From the NCBI GenBank assembly GCA_963803145.1, contig CAWDLW010000031.1, positions 1 to 14,648 on the forward strand: a stretch of 14,648 nt of DNA. Reading direction: 5' to 3'. The notes under the pieces are model-generated. The model made no database searches. It saw only the letters and a program-made list of their open reading frames with translations, and was not told the origin of the DNA. Every line of letters starts with the position of its first letter. Within the stretch, counting starts at the first letter, position 1. Positions 1-8,806 of the stretch are shown here, in pieces. Origin of the DNA: Methanotrichaceae archaeon (GTDB lineage Archaea; Halobacteriota; Methanosarcinia; Methanotrichales; Methanotrichaceae). The translations under genes were made by a program, and so were the position numbers.

Positions 1-10
1 GGAGAGTTAG

Positions 11-649
11 ATGATTCGATTCATTTCCCTGGACATGGATGGAACCCTTGTCAACTCGAAGTTCGTTGACCTGGTATGGATGCATGGCGTGCCTGAGCTT
101 TATGCCGAGAAAAGCGGCCTGGATTTCGAGGCTGCAAAGGAGTATGTTGTAGGCGAGTACATGAAGATCGGCAGCGATAAGCTCGAATGGTACAACCTGC
201 CCTACTGGCTCGAGAAATTCGGCCTGGATGTAGATAAATGGGATCTGCTCATGAAGTACGAGGACGAGATCGAGTTCTATCCGGAGGTCAATGAAGCTCT
301 AGATTCCCTTTCCGGCAACTACGAGCTTATAGTGACATCAAACGCTGCACGCGAATTCCTCGAAATAGAGCTGGAAGGCTTCAATGATTACTTCCACGAG
401 TTATTCTCTGTTACCAGCGACTTCCGCGATGTCAAGAAATCACCCCACATCTACGGAGCCATCTGCAAAGAGCTTGATGCAAAGCCATTCGAGGTTCTCC
501 ATATCGGAGACCACTATAACTACGATTATGAGTCGCCGCTTCAAGCTGGACTGGATGCTTTGTTCCTCGATCGAAAGGGTATTAGAAGCGGCAGCGAAGT
601 TGTAGGCAGCTTACTCGAAGCTGTCGAGCAGATTCGCGGCTCTACCTGA
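11..649 (+). CDS. HAD-superfamily hydrolase (subfamily IA-like; phosphatase/nucleotidase, substrate unknown)
   Basis: Motif I SLDMDGTL (DxD), motif II TSNA, motif III Lys (VKKSP), motif IV HIGDHYNYD; GGAG at 1-4 upstream of the ATG. Confidence 0.9.
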   Translation: MIRFISLDMDGTLVNSKFVDLVWMHGVPELYAEKSGLDFEAAKEYVVGEYMKIGSDKLEWYNLPYWLEKFGLDVDKWDLLMKYEDEIEFYPEVNEALDSLSGNYELIVTSNAAREFLEIELEGFNDYFHELFSVTSDFRDVKKSPHIYGAICKELDAKPFEVLHIGDHYNYDYESPLQAGLDALFLDRKGIRSGSEVVGSLLEAVEQIRGST

Positions 650-660
650 AAAGATAAATA
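647..660 (+). promoter_or_regulatory. Putative BRE/TATA for pyrF (probably leaderless transcript)
   Basis: Purine-rich TGAAAA followed by GATAAATA (653-660), centred about 26-27 nt upstream of ATG 683; no SD before pyrF. Confidence 0.4.
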
Positions 661-682
661 CCATCCATTCTCTGCAGACTCC

Positions 683-1324
683 ATGAAAAAGAACACTCGC
701 CTGGTGCTTGCACTGGATGTGACATCCGGGAAGCGTGCACTTTCCCTGGCGAGCTCGCTCAAGGATCATTTTGATGCCATCAAGATCGGTTATCCGCTAA
801 TTCTTTCAGCAGGGCTGGATATCGTTCATGAGATCTCAGCCATAGCTCCGGTCATCGCAGATTTGAAGATAGCAGATATTCCAAATACAAACAAGCTAAT
901 CTGCGAAGCGGCACTCAGCGCAGGTGCAGAGGGCATAATTGCACATGCATTCACAGGCCGTGATTCTCTTCAGGCATGCGCAGACTGTGCCAAAAAATAT
1001 AACGCCGAACTTTTCGTCGTAACTGAGATGAGCCACCCAGGAGCGGAGCAATTCATGGCGCCGCTCGCAGCCGAGCTTGCAAAGATGGCAGTGGAGGTGA
1101 ATGCTGCTGGCGTTGTGGCTCCTGCGACGCGACCGGATAGGATCAGGTTGATAAGATCAATAATCGGCGATAGATTGATAATCTCCCCTGGCGTTGGCGC
1201 TCAGGGAGGCTCAGCCTCTGCTGCGCTATCCGCCGGCGCAGATTACCTGATTATTGGGAGATCGATCATTGAGGCCAAAGATCCTATAGTTTCAGCAGAA
1301 AAAGTCCTATCAGAGATCGGCTAA
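683..1324 (+). CDS. pyrF: Orotidine 5'-phosphate decarboxylase
   Basis: Active-site DLKIADIPNT (DxKxxD), LALD, EMSHPG, SPGVGAQGG, IIGRSI; 213 aa, archaeal-type length. Confidence 0.97.
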   Translation: MKKNTRLVLALDVTSGKRALSLASSLKDHFDAIKIGYPLILSAGLDIVHEISAIAPVIADLKIADIPNTNKLICEAALSAGAEGIIAHAFTGRDSLQACADCAKKYNAELFVVTEMSHPGAEQFMAPLAAELAKMAVEVNAAGVVAPATRPDRIRLIRSIIGDRLIISPGVGAQGGSASAALSAGADYLIIGRSIIEAKDPIVSAEKVLSEIG

Positions 1325-1329
1325 CTACT

Positions 1330-1345
1330 CAAAACTTTTCTATAT
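1330..1345 (+). promoter_or_regulatory. Putative BRE/TATA for the MTH1187-family gene (probably leaderless)
   Basis: CAAAACTT followed by TTCTATAT (1338-1345), centred about 26-27 nt upstream of ATG 1368; no SD. Confidence 0.35.
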
Positions 1346-1367
1346 CATCACGCCTAATATAATTATT

Positions 1368-1661
1368 ATGATAGTAGCGGATTTTGCCCTTGTTCCAATG
1401 GGCTCAGGAACCAGCGCCGGCAAATATATCAGGGCCGTTTATGAGATGCTTTCAGAATCGGGAGTAAAATTCCTTCCAGGACCCATGACAACATCAGTCG
1501 AGACTCAAAGCTTCGATGAGCTTTTTGATATAATCAAAAGATCTAATGACAAGCTGACAGAGATGGGCGTCAAGAGAATTATAACTACGATCAGGATCGA
1601 CTACCGTCTGGATAAGGAAATATCTATAGATTCCAAGCTTGGCGCCAGCAAAATTAAATAG
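1368..1661 (+). CDS. MTH1187/UPF0045-family (thiamine-binding-like) protein
   Basis: 97 aa with family pattern ADFALVPMG...GPMTTSVE...RIITTIRIDYRLDK...SKL. Confidence 0.85.
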   Translation: MIVADFALVPMGSGTSAGKYIRAVYEMLSESGVKFLPGPMTTSVETQSFDELFDIIKRSNDKLTEMGVKRIITTIRIDYRLDKEISIDSKLGASKIK

Positions 1662-1693
1662 TTTTTGTATGATTTATTGCTTTATTTTTATTT
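1662..1693 (+). terminator. Putative oligo-T archaeal terminator
   Basis: TTTTTGTATGATTTATTGCTTTATTTTTATTT directly after the TAG stop. Confidence 0.5.
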
Positions 1694-1889
1694 AAATACT
1701 TTCGAGACAAACAGAAGACGCGCGAATATACAAATTGTGAAAACCTCTCGGTAGTTCATTATAGTTGTTGCATAAGAGAGGAAATATCTTTGTTTGAATT
1801 GGACATTTACACTTATTTTCTTACTATTATCATTAACATCGAAATGAATATTAATATGAAACAATTGTACAGTACCGGCGAATGTCAAG

Positions 1890-4800
1890 ATGAAAGATTG
1901 CTACTTTACAAACAATTTAGATCCCTTGAAGGAGAATGAATTGGAGGCAGCGGTGCAGGAGAGGACTGCAGAGCTGACGAAGGCTAATGTTGCCCTCAAG
2001 AAAAGCGAGGCCCGCTTTCGTGAGATGGCAGAGCTGCTGCCTGATATGATCTATGAGATGGATGTAAGACTAAGGTTCACTTATGCTAACCATGCAGCCT
2101 TCAAGACCTTCGACTACGCTGAAGAGGATTTTCTAAAGGGCATAGAAATAGATCAGCTGTTTGCCGAAGAAGAGATGACCAGGGTCCATGAAGCTCTGGC
2201 CAAAATTGCCCAGGGAGAACCGCCTCAGCCGCATGTATACAAAATGAAGAGAAAAGATGGCTCCACATTTTTCTGCGAGATAACATCGGATGCGATCAGA
2301 GATGACGAGGGAAAGCTAACCGGCTTTAGAGGAGTCGTACATGACATCACACAGCGTAAGCGGATAGAGGAAGAGCTACAGTGGGAAAAAGCACTGTTTG
2401 AAGCACAAGTCGAGGCCTCTCCGGATGGAATCCTAGTTGTGGACGCAAAGGGGCAGCGAGTCATAACTAACCAGAGGCTCCTGAATATGTGGGATGTGCC
2501 AGAAAAGATCCGAAATGAGAAAGATGATGCATTTCTTCTTGATTATGTGGTAGGGAAGAACAAATATCCAGATCAATTCTTGAAGAAAGTTCAATATCTA
2601 TATGATCACCAGAACGAGGCCAGTCACGATGTAATCGAGTTCAAGGATGGCCTCGTCATGGATCGCTATTCTTCACCAGTATTGGGCAAAGACTGTCGAT
2701 ACTACGGCAGGATATGGACATTTCGTGATATCACAGACAGGATGCATGCCGAAGAAGCATTACGCAAATCAGAACAGCGCTTGGCGGATATCATTAACTT
2801 CCTGCCAGATGCCACCCTGGTCATTGATAGTGATGGTAAGGTGATAGCTTGGAACCGTGCTATGGAAGCGATGACTGGGATCAAAGCAAAGGATATCATG
2901 GGAAAAGGCAATTATGAATATGCTTTGCCCTTTTATGGAAAGAGAAGGCCAATTCTGATCGATCTCGTGCTCAAACCGCAAGAAAAGATTGAAACTGGGT
3001 ATGAATATATAACAAGAACTGATAGGGTTATGGTCGGAGAGGCATATATGCCGAACATGAAAGGCGGCCAGGTCTATCTTCTTGGAAGCGCTGCGGCATT
3101 ATATAATGCAGATGGAGGCATCGCAGGGGCTATTGAGTCTATACGCGATATTACAGAGCATAAAAATATCGAGCGAATGTTGGCCTACGAATCGAATAAA
3201 TTTAAAGTCTTATATGAGTTGGCCTTGAATATGTCTGCGGAGAAGAGCCTTGAGGAAAACATGGCCTTCATTGTAGACAAGAGCAGAGAGCTATTGAATA
3301 CAGATACATCCTATATAGCCTTGCTTGATGAAACGGGACAATATGTTCGGATGCATACCCTTTCGGGCATTCGCACTGAAGCCTTCAAGCAGATGCGCCT
3401 GCCTTTGGGTAAAGGGTTATACGGTCTTGTTATGGAGACACACAAAGGTTACATCATAGACGATTACCTAAAGAACAATGACATCAAACATGTAGTCGAC
3501 AGAATTATCGCAGACGAAGAGCTTATCTCCGGCATGGCTGTGCCCGTACAGATCAGGGATAAAAGCTTGGGCGTTCTCTATGTTTTCAACCGCCGGAAAA
3601 CTCCCTTTACCCAGGAAGATCTGGATACTCTCGCACTGCTCGGCAACCTGGCAGCGGTGGAGATAGTCCGTAAGCAATCTTCAAACGAACTAGAGGGACA
3701 GCTGAACTTTCTGCAACAGCTGATAGATGCCATCCCCAATCCTGTTTTTTTCAAGGATGCAAAAGGGGTTTATCTGGGTTGCAACACGGCATTCGAATCC
3801 TTTACTGGTCTCACAAAAGAGAAGATGGTGGGAAAGACCGTCCATGAGTTGTTCCCTGAAGATCTGGCTGATATATACTACAAAGCAGATAACTCCTTGT
3901 TCCAGAACTTTGGGGTACAGATTTATGAGACCGAAATGGCCCATGCAGACGGCACAAGACGAAATGTGATGTTCAACAAGGCCGCCTATTTCGATACTAA
4001 AGGCCATTTAGCTGGTCTAGTGGGGATCATCCTTGACATTACCGAGCGCAAGAAGGCCGAGGAGAGACTGCACAGGGCCAAGAATGAGGCCGAATCGGCA
4101 ATGCGTGCCAGATCGGAATTTCTCGCAAATATGAGTCATGAGATACGCACGCCTATGAATGCCGTGATAGGCATGACAGGGCTTCTGCTCAACTCTGACC
4201 TCAAACCTGATCAGAGGGAGGGCGTTGAAATAATACACAGCAGTGGCGAAGCTTTGCTCTCTATCATCAATGATATTCTGGATTACTCAAAGATCGAGGA
4301 AGGAAAAGTTGGGCTGGAGCAGCAACCATTCGACCTGCGTGAGTGTATTGAAAGCTCCATGGATCTTGTGGCTACAAGCGCTGCTGAGAAGGACATTAGC
4401 CTCGTATCTGCAGTTGAGGATCAGGTGCCCAAAAACCTAGTGGGCGATATTACAAGACTACGCCAAATACTTGTCAACCTTCTTAGCAATGCAGTCAAGT
4501 TTACTGATAAGGGCGATGTATCTGTCACTGTGACATCACGACAGAAGGGTGATCGCCATGAGATATGCTTCGCAGTTAAAGATACAGGCATAGGCATCCC
4601 TGCAGATCGAATGGACCGCTTATTCAAATCCTTTAGCCAGATCGATATGACCACCACCCGCAAATATGGTGGTACTGGTCTAGGTCTCGCAATAAGCAAG
4701 CGCCTGGTGGAGATGATGGATGGCAAGATTTGGGTGGAATCTGAGGAGGGAAAAGGTTCTACATTTTATTTTACGGTTCTGGCAGATGCATCGGGAGATC

Positions 4801-5240
4801 AGCCTACAGAAAAGTTAACGAAACCCTTAGAGTCTCCAGCAGATCAGCCTGGCAACCTGAGATTACTTCTTGCAGAGGATAACATTGTAAATCAGAAGGT
4901 CGCCCAGAGAATGCTCGAGAAGCTGGGCTACCATGCTGACGTGGCGGCCAATGGACTAGAGGTACTGCAAGCATTAGAGCGTCAGCCCTATGATCTGATC
5001 CTAATGGATATTCAGATGCCTGAGATGGATGGCATCGAAGCAGCCAAGGCCATCCGCCAGCGCTGGCCAGAGAACATGCCAAAGATCATTGCTATAACGG
5101 CCTACGCCCTTAAAGGTGACCGCGAGAAATGCCTTGATGCTGGCATGGATGGCTACATCTCAAAGCCGGTGAAGATGGAGGAGCTTATCAGCGTGCTCGG
5201 CAGATACCATACAGTCAACAAGAACAAGGAAAATCCATAA
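1890..5240 (+). CDS. Cytoplasmic hybrid sensor histidine kinase: PAS-PAS-PAS-GAF-PAS-HisKA-HATPase_c-REC
   Basis: Four PAC junctions (DITQRK, DITDRM, DITEHK, DITERK); GAF (GMAVPVQIRDKSLGVLYVFN...FTQED); H-box FLANMSHEIRTPMN (His750); N-box QILVNLLSNAVKFT; G1 DTGIGI; F LFKSFSQ; G2 GGTGLGLAI; receiver AEDN...LMD(1040)IQMPEMDG...TA...SKP. No evident TM helix. Start uncertain: in-frame TTG at 1941 has AGGAG 6 nt upstream. Confidence 0.95.
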   Translation: MKDCYFTNNLDPLKENELEAAVQERTAELTKANVALKKSEARFREMAELLPDMIYEMDVRLRFTYANHAAFKTFDYAEEDFLKGIEIDQLFAEEEMTRVHEALAKIAQGEPPQPHVYKMKRKDGSTFFCEITSDAIRDDEGKLTGFRGVVHDITQRKRIEEELQWEKALFEAQVEASPDGILVVDAKGQRVITNQRLLNMWDVPEKIRNEKDDAFLLDYVVGKNKYPDQFLKKVQYLYDHQNEASHDVIEFKDGLVMDRYSSPVLGKDCRYYGRIWTFRDITDRMHAEEALRKSEQRLADIINFLPDATLVIDSDGKVIAWNRAMEAMTGIKAKDIMGKGNYEYALPFYGKRRPILIDLVLKPQEKIETGYEYITRTDRVMVGEAYMPNMKGGQVYLLGSAAALYNADGGIAGAIESIRDITEHKNIERMLAYESNKFKVLYELALNMSAEKSLEENMAFIVDKSRELLNTDTSYIALLDETGQYVRMHTLSGIRTEAFKQMRLPLGKGLYGLVMETHKGYIIDDYLKNNDIKHVVDRIIADEELISGMAVPVQIRDKSLGVLYVFNRRKTPFTQEDLDTLALLGNLAAVEIVRKQSSNELEGQLNFLQQLIDAIPNPVFFKDAKGVYLGCNTAFESFTGLTKEKMVGKTVHELFPEDLADIYYKADNSLFQNFGVQIYETEMAHADGTRRNVMFNKAAYFDTKGHLAGLVGIILDITERKKAEERLHRAKNEAESAMRARSEFLANMSHEIRTPMNAVIGMTGLLLNSDLKPDQREGVEIIHSSGEALLSIINDILDYSKIEEGKVGLEQQPFDLRECIESSMDLVATSAAEKDISLVSAVEDQVPKNLVGDITRLRQILVNLLSNAVKFTDKGDVSVTVTSRQKGDRHEICFAVKDTGIGIPADRMDRLFKSFSQIDMTTTRKYGGTGLGLAISKRLVEMMDGKIWVESEEGKGSTFYFTVLADASGDQPTEKLTKPLESPADQPGNLRLLLAEDNIVNQKVAQRMLEKLGYHADVAANGLEVLQALERQPYDLILMDIQMPEMDGIEAAKAIRQRWPENMPKIIAITAYALKGDREKCLDAGMDGYISKPVKMEELISVLGRYHTVNKNKENP

Positions 5241-5266
5241 GCAAATAATGCGAATAATTTATAAAG
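5240..5266 (+). promoter_or_regulatory. Putative BRE/TATA promoter of the Hpt gene
   Basis: GCGAATAA followed by TTTATAAA (5258-5265), centred about 26-27 nt upstream of ATG 5288; 23/27 identical to the thermosome promoter region. Confidence 0.6.
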
Positions 5267-5287
5267 GTTAGAGTAAGACGGTGTCTG

Positions 5288-5668
5288 ATGTCCGACGAAG
5301 TTGAGGGTAATAGCGAGGCTATAGATCAGTCTGTGCTTGCTAACCTTAAAGAGCTTCAGGAGGAAGGCGAGCCAGACATAATTGAAGAGGTTGGCGGCCT
5401 ATTTCTCAAGCATGCACCCGAAAAGATAGCAGCTATTGAAAAGGCTGCGGCTGAAAAGAATGCCAAAGCTCTCCAGGTTTCAGCTCACAGCCTTAAATCC
5501 AGCAGCGCCTATGTCGGAGCAATGGGGCTGTCCGCAATGAGCAAAGATCTTGAGATGATGGGACGCTCAGGCTCATTGGAGGGCGTTGAAGAAAAGATCA
5601 AAACACTGATTACAGAATATTCACGCGTGAAAACTGCACTGGAAACGGAGATAAAGAGCAGAACCTAA
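5288..5668 (+). CDS. Stand-alone Hpt (histidine phosphotransfer) protein
   Basis: 126 aa helical protein with AH(67)[22 protein letters not shown], matching the Hpt HxLKGxSxxxGA pattern; directly downstream of a hybrid kinase. Confidence 0.92.
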   Translation: MSDEVEGNSEAIDQSVLANLKELQEEGEPDIIEEVGGLFLKHAPEKIAAIEKAAAEKNAKALQVSAHSLKSSSAYVGAMGLSAMSKDLEMMGRSGSLEGVEEKIKTLITEYSRVKTALETEIKSRT

Positions 5669-6822
5669 TGAACAGCGCTCTTTACCTCATCAACGATCTT
5701 GTTTATAATGCTTTTATCACCCTTGGCGGGAGTTGGAGACCTTCCCTCGCCAAACTCAGCTGCCAAAGCCTCAAGAAGCTCTCTTTGCCTGGTTGTAAGT
5801 GACTTGGGGATACTGACATCAACCTTCACATGCAGGTCGCCGAAACCGACGCCGTGAAGTCTGGGCATTCCTTTGCCCTTCAGCCTGAAGACAGATCCAT
5901 CTTGGGTTCCGGCAGGTATTTTGACATTAGTCTTGCCGTTCAGCGTTGGGACATTCACCTCAGCGCCCAGAGCTGCCTGGGTAATGCTGATAGGCATCTC
6001 GAAGAGCAGATCGCTATCTATTCTCTTGAAGAGCTGATGAGGCCTGATATTTAGGAAGATGTAGAGATCGCCCGCTCCTCCAGGGCCTACATCCCCCTCA
6101 CCCCTGAGCTTTATCTGCTGCCCATCATCAACTCCCTGAGGTATCTTCACATTTATCTTGCGTGTTCTGCGGACTCGACCGCTTCCGCCACATTCGGTGC
6201 AGGGAGACGTTATGATCTGGCCCTTGCCGCCACATTTTGGACAGCCAGTTGATGTAATCATCTGTCCGAATGGGGTGCTCTGAACACGCGTAACCTGGCC
6301 GGTTCCACCACACTGAGCGCACACTGTTGGTTTTGTTCCTGGCTTTGAGCCGCTTCCGCTGCAGGTCTGGCAGCTCTCTGTCCTCGGAACATCCAGAGTC
6401 ATCTCTAGTCCAGATGCCGCCTGCTCAAGAGTGAGGTCGAGATCATACCTAAGATCCCGCCCTCGAGCAGGCCCCTGTCTTCGTCCTCCGAAGAACATAT
6501 CGAAGATGCTGTCCCCACCGCCCCCACCGAAGCCAAAGCCCCGGAATAGATCCTCGAAATTGATTCCCCGGAACAGGTCCTCTTGTGAGTACTGGCTGTT
6601 TATTCCAGCATGGCCGAACTGGTCGTACTTCTCACGTTTATCAGAATCTGAGAGGACTGCATACGCCTCCGAGATCTCCTTGAACCTCTCCTCAGCATCG
6701 GATGCATCCGATGTGTCGGGGTGGTACTTCATGGCGAGCTTGCGGTAAGCGCTCTTGATATCCTTCTCACTCGCCTCTTTTGAGACGCCCAGAACCTCGT
6801 AATAGTCCTTTTTATCTGCCAT
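5665..6822 (-). CDS. dnaJ: Chaperone DnaJ (class A Hsp40)
   Basis: J-domain DYYEVLGV...YHPD, G/F-rich region, four CxxCxGxG repeats ([32 protein letters not shown]), C-terminal domain. Confidence 0.98.
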   Translation of the reverse strand: MADKKDYYEVLGVSKEASEKDIKSAYRKLAMKYHPDTSDASDAEERFKEISEAYAVLSDSDKREKYDQFGHAGINSQYSQEDLFRGINFEDLFRGFGFGGGGGDSIFDMFFGGRRQGPARGRDLRYDLDLTLEQAASGLEMTLDVPRTESCQTCSGSGSKPGTKPTVCAQCGGTGQVTRVQSTPFGQMITSTGCPKCGGKGQIITSPCTECGGSGRVRRTRKINVKIPQGVDDGQQIKLRGEGDVGPGGAGDLYIFLNIRPHQLFKRIDSDLLFEMPISITQAALGAEVNVPTLNGKTNVKIPAGTQDGSVFRLKGKGMPRLHGVGFGDLHVKVDVSIPKSLTTRQRELLEALAAEFGEGRSPTPAKGDKSIINKIVDEVKSAVH

Positions 6823-6851
6823 GCAAATCTGTTCTATTCCTTTTCTACGGC

Positions 6852-8732
6852 TTACTTCTTATCGTTTACTACTTCGTAATCCGCATCCACAGTACTGCCG
6901 GATGCCTGATCCGACCCAGCAGATGCGTTCTGCTCTGCTCCCGGCCCCTGTTGGCTCTGCTGCTGTTGCTGTTGCTGCTGCTGCTGTGCAGCGCGTTGAT
7001 ACATAGCAGACGACAGCTCATAAATCGCGTTCTGTAGTGTCTCGGTCTTTGCTTTGATCTCCGAGATTTCGCCACCGGCCTGAGCATTCTTCAGATCGGA
7101 GATGGCATTATTGATCTTATCCTTTTGATCTGCAGTCGCAACATCTCCTGCATCCTTCAGCATCTTTTCTGAGGCATAGAGGAGAGAATCGGCCTGGTTC
7201 TTGACCTCGATCTCCTCCTTCCGCTTGGCATCATCCTGAGCAAAGCGCTCTGCATCCTTGACCTTGGCTTCGATCTCTTCCTTGCTGAGCTTATGAGGAG
7301 CTGTTATCGTTATTCTCTGCTCCTTCTTCGTTGCCATATCCTTGGCCGAGACATGGATGAGTCCATTTGCATCTATATCGAAGGTGACCTCGATTTGAGG
7401 GATACCACGAGGTGCTGGCGGGATTCCGACGAGCGTGAACCTCCCAAGCGAAACATTATCCTTGGCCATCGGCCGCTCACCTTGGAGCACATTTACCTCG
7501 ACACTTGTCTGGTTATCCGCTGCGGTTGTGAATACCTGACTCTTACGCGTTGGAATAGTTGTATTTCTCTCAATCAGCCTGGTTGCAACTGCGCCTAATG
7601 TCTCAATCCCTAGGCTTAGTGGAGTAACATCCAGAAGCAGAAGATCCTTGACCTCGCCTCCGAGAACGCCTGCCTGAATGGCTGCGCCCATGGCAACGCA
7701 CTCCATTGGGTCAACGCCGCGCTCAACATCCTTGCCCATGAAACTCTTGACGAACTCCTGGACCACAGGCATGCGCGTCGGACCACCTACTAATATTATC
7801 TTATCTATCTGGGGTTTGTCCAATTTCGAATCCTTGATAGCCTGAACCATTGGGCCCCTGCATCTCTCGAGCACATCATGTATCAGCTCTTCCAGCTTCG
7901 CCCTGGTTATGGCCATGCTCAGGTGCTTCGGACCTGTAGCATCCGCCGTAATATATGGCAGGTTGATGTTTGTCTGGATGACCGAGGAGAGCTCTATCTT
8001 TGCGACCTCAACGGCCTCACGCAGGCGCTGCATAGCCATAGAATCCTTGCGGAGATCAATGCCCGATTCCTGTCTGAACTTATCGAGGACATATTCCATA
8101 AGCCGCTCATCCATATCCCTGCCGCCAAGCTGGGTATCTCCAGATGTGGACTTGACCTCGAATATGCCTTCGCCTATTTCCATTATGGTGACATCTAAAG
8201 TTCCACCGCCTAGGTCGAAGACCATTAGCATATTTTCACCTGACTTATCCAAGCCATATGCTAATGCCGCCGCCGTTGGCTCATTGATTATCCTCACGAC
8301 ATCTAAGCCCGCTATCGTCCCCGCATCCTTCGTTGCCTGCCTCTGGTTATCATTGAAGTAGGCAGGGACTGTTATAACAGCCTTCTCTATAGTGTCCCCC
8401 AAGAAGTTCTCGGCATCTCTTCTGATCTTTCTTAAAATTTGGGCGGATATCTCCTCAGGAGTGTACTCCTTTCCATAGACTCTAACCTTGTATTCGGTTC
8501 CCATCTTTCGCTTGATGCCTGTTATCGTTCCTTCAGGATTAGTCACAGCCTGCCTTTTTGCCGGCTCGCCAACTAACGCCTGACCATCCTTTGTGAATGC
8601 TACATAAGACGGGAATGCCTTGCCGCCGATGGATGTGCCCTCTGCGCTTGGAATTATTGTGGGCCTGCCGCCCTGGAGAACAGCAGCCGCAGAGTTGCTG
8701 GTTCCGAGATCAATGCCGATAATTTTAGCCAA
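6852..8732 (-). CDS. dnaK: Chaperone DnaK (Hsp70)
   Basis: [51 protein letters not shown]-terminal VDADYEVV; short N-terminal region ([10 protein letters not shown]) typical of archaeal/Gram-positive DnaK; TTG start with GGAG SD. Confidence 0.99.
   Translation of the reverse strand: MAKIIGIDLGTSNSAAAVLQGGRPTIIPSAEGTSIGGKAFPSYVAFTKDGQALVGEPAKRQAVTNPEGTITGIKRKMGTEYKVRVYGKEYTPEEISAQILRKIRRDAENFLGDTIEKAVITVPAYFNDNQRQATKDAGTIAGLDVVRIINEPTAAALAYGLDKSGENMLMVFDLGGGTLDVTIMEIGEGIFEVKSTSGDTQLGGRDMDERLMEYVLDKFRQESGIDLRKDSMAMQRLREAVEVAKIELSSVIQTNINLPYITADATGPKHLSMAITRAKLEELIHDVLERCRGPMVQAIKDSKLDKPQIDKIILVGGPTRMPVVQEFVKSFMGKDVERGVDPMECVAMGAAIQAGVLGGEVKDLLLLDVTPLSLGIETLGAVATRLIERNTTIPTRKSQVFTTAADNQTSVEVNVLQGERPMAKDNVSLGRFTLVGIPPAPRGIPQIEVTFDIDANGLIHVSAKDMATKKEQRITITAPHKLSKEEIEAKVKDAERFAQDDAKRKEEIEVKNQADSLLYASEKMLKDAGDVATADQKDKINNAISDLKNAQAGGEISEIKAKTETLQNAIYELSSAMYQRAAQQQQQQQQQQSQQGPGAEQNASAGSDQASGSTVDADYEVVNDKK
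6957..6986 (-). repeat. CAG/CAA trinucleotide tract encoding Q10 in the DnaK C-terminal tail
   Basis: Ten consecutive Gln codons (8 CAG, 2 CAA) read from the sequence. Confidence 0.95.
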
Positions 8733-8752
8733 GATATACCATCTCCTGAAAC

Positions 8753-8790
8753 TTGAATTTACATTGCGTAGTTGAATTTACAATACATAG
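8753..8790. repeat. Imperfect 19-bp tandem repeat upstream of dnaK
   Basis: TTGAATTTACATTGCGTAG (8753-8771) vs TTGAATTTACAATACATAG (8772-8790), 16/19 identical. Confidence 0.85.
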
Positions 8791-8802
8791 TAAATATTTA
8801 AA
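8776..8802 (-). promoter_or_regulatory. Putative dnaK TATA box with adjacent palindromic operator-like site
   Basis: Minus-strand TTTAAATA (8802-8795) immediately followed by ATTTAC-N8-GTAAAT (8776-8795). Confidence 0.55.
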
Positions 8803-8806
8803 TCTA

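Noticed and set aside
1848-1860. ATATTAATAT palindrome, and TTAATATGAA shared with 9351-9360
   Set aside because: Short, nearly pure-AT matches expected by chance in AT-rich spacers; orientation relative to the downstream genes differs
1688-1888. 66-aa minus-strand ORF between the MTH1187 gene and the kinase
   Set aside because: AT-rich, F/I/N-biased, no recognisable motif or SD; better explained as terminator plus promoter DNA, though a small protein is not strictly excluded
2101-5082. Short overlapping ORFs inside the kinase gene
   Set aside because: Fully nested in a well-supported CDS; no independent evidence
6780-7037. Plus-strand ORFs with poly-Leu or poly-Ala resembling a signal peptide
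   Set aside because: These are other-frame readings of the DnaK CAG tract
7293-8361. Long plus-strand ORFs antisense to dnaK
   Set aside because: Antisense open frames are a known by-product of hsp70 codon usage; no starts or motifs support them
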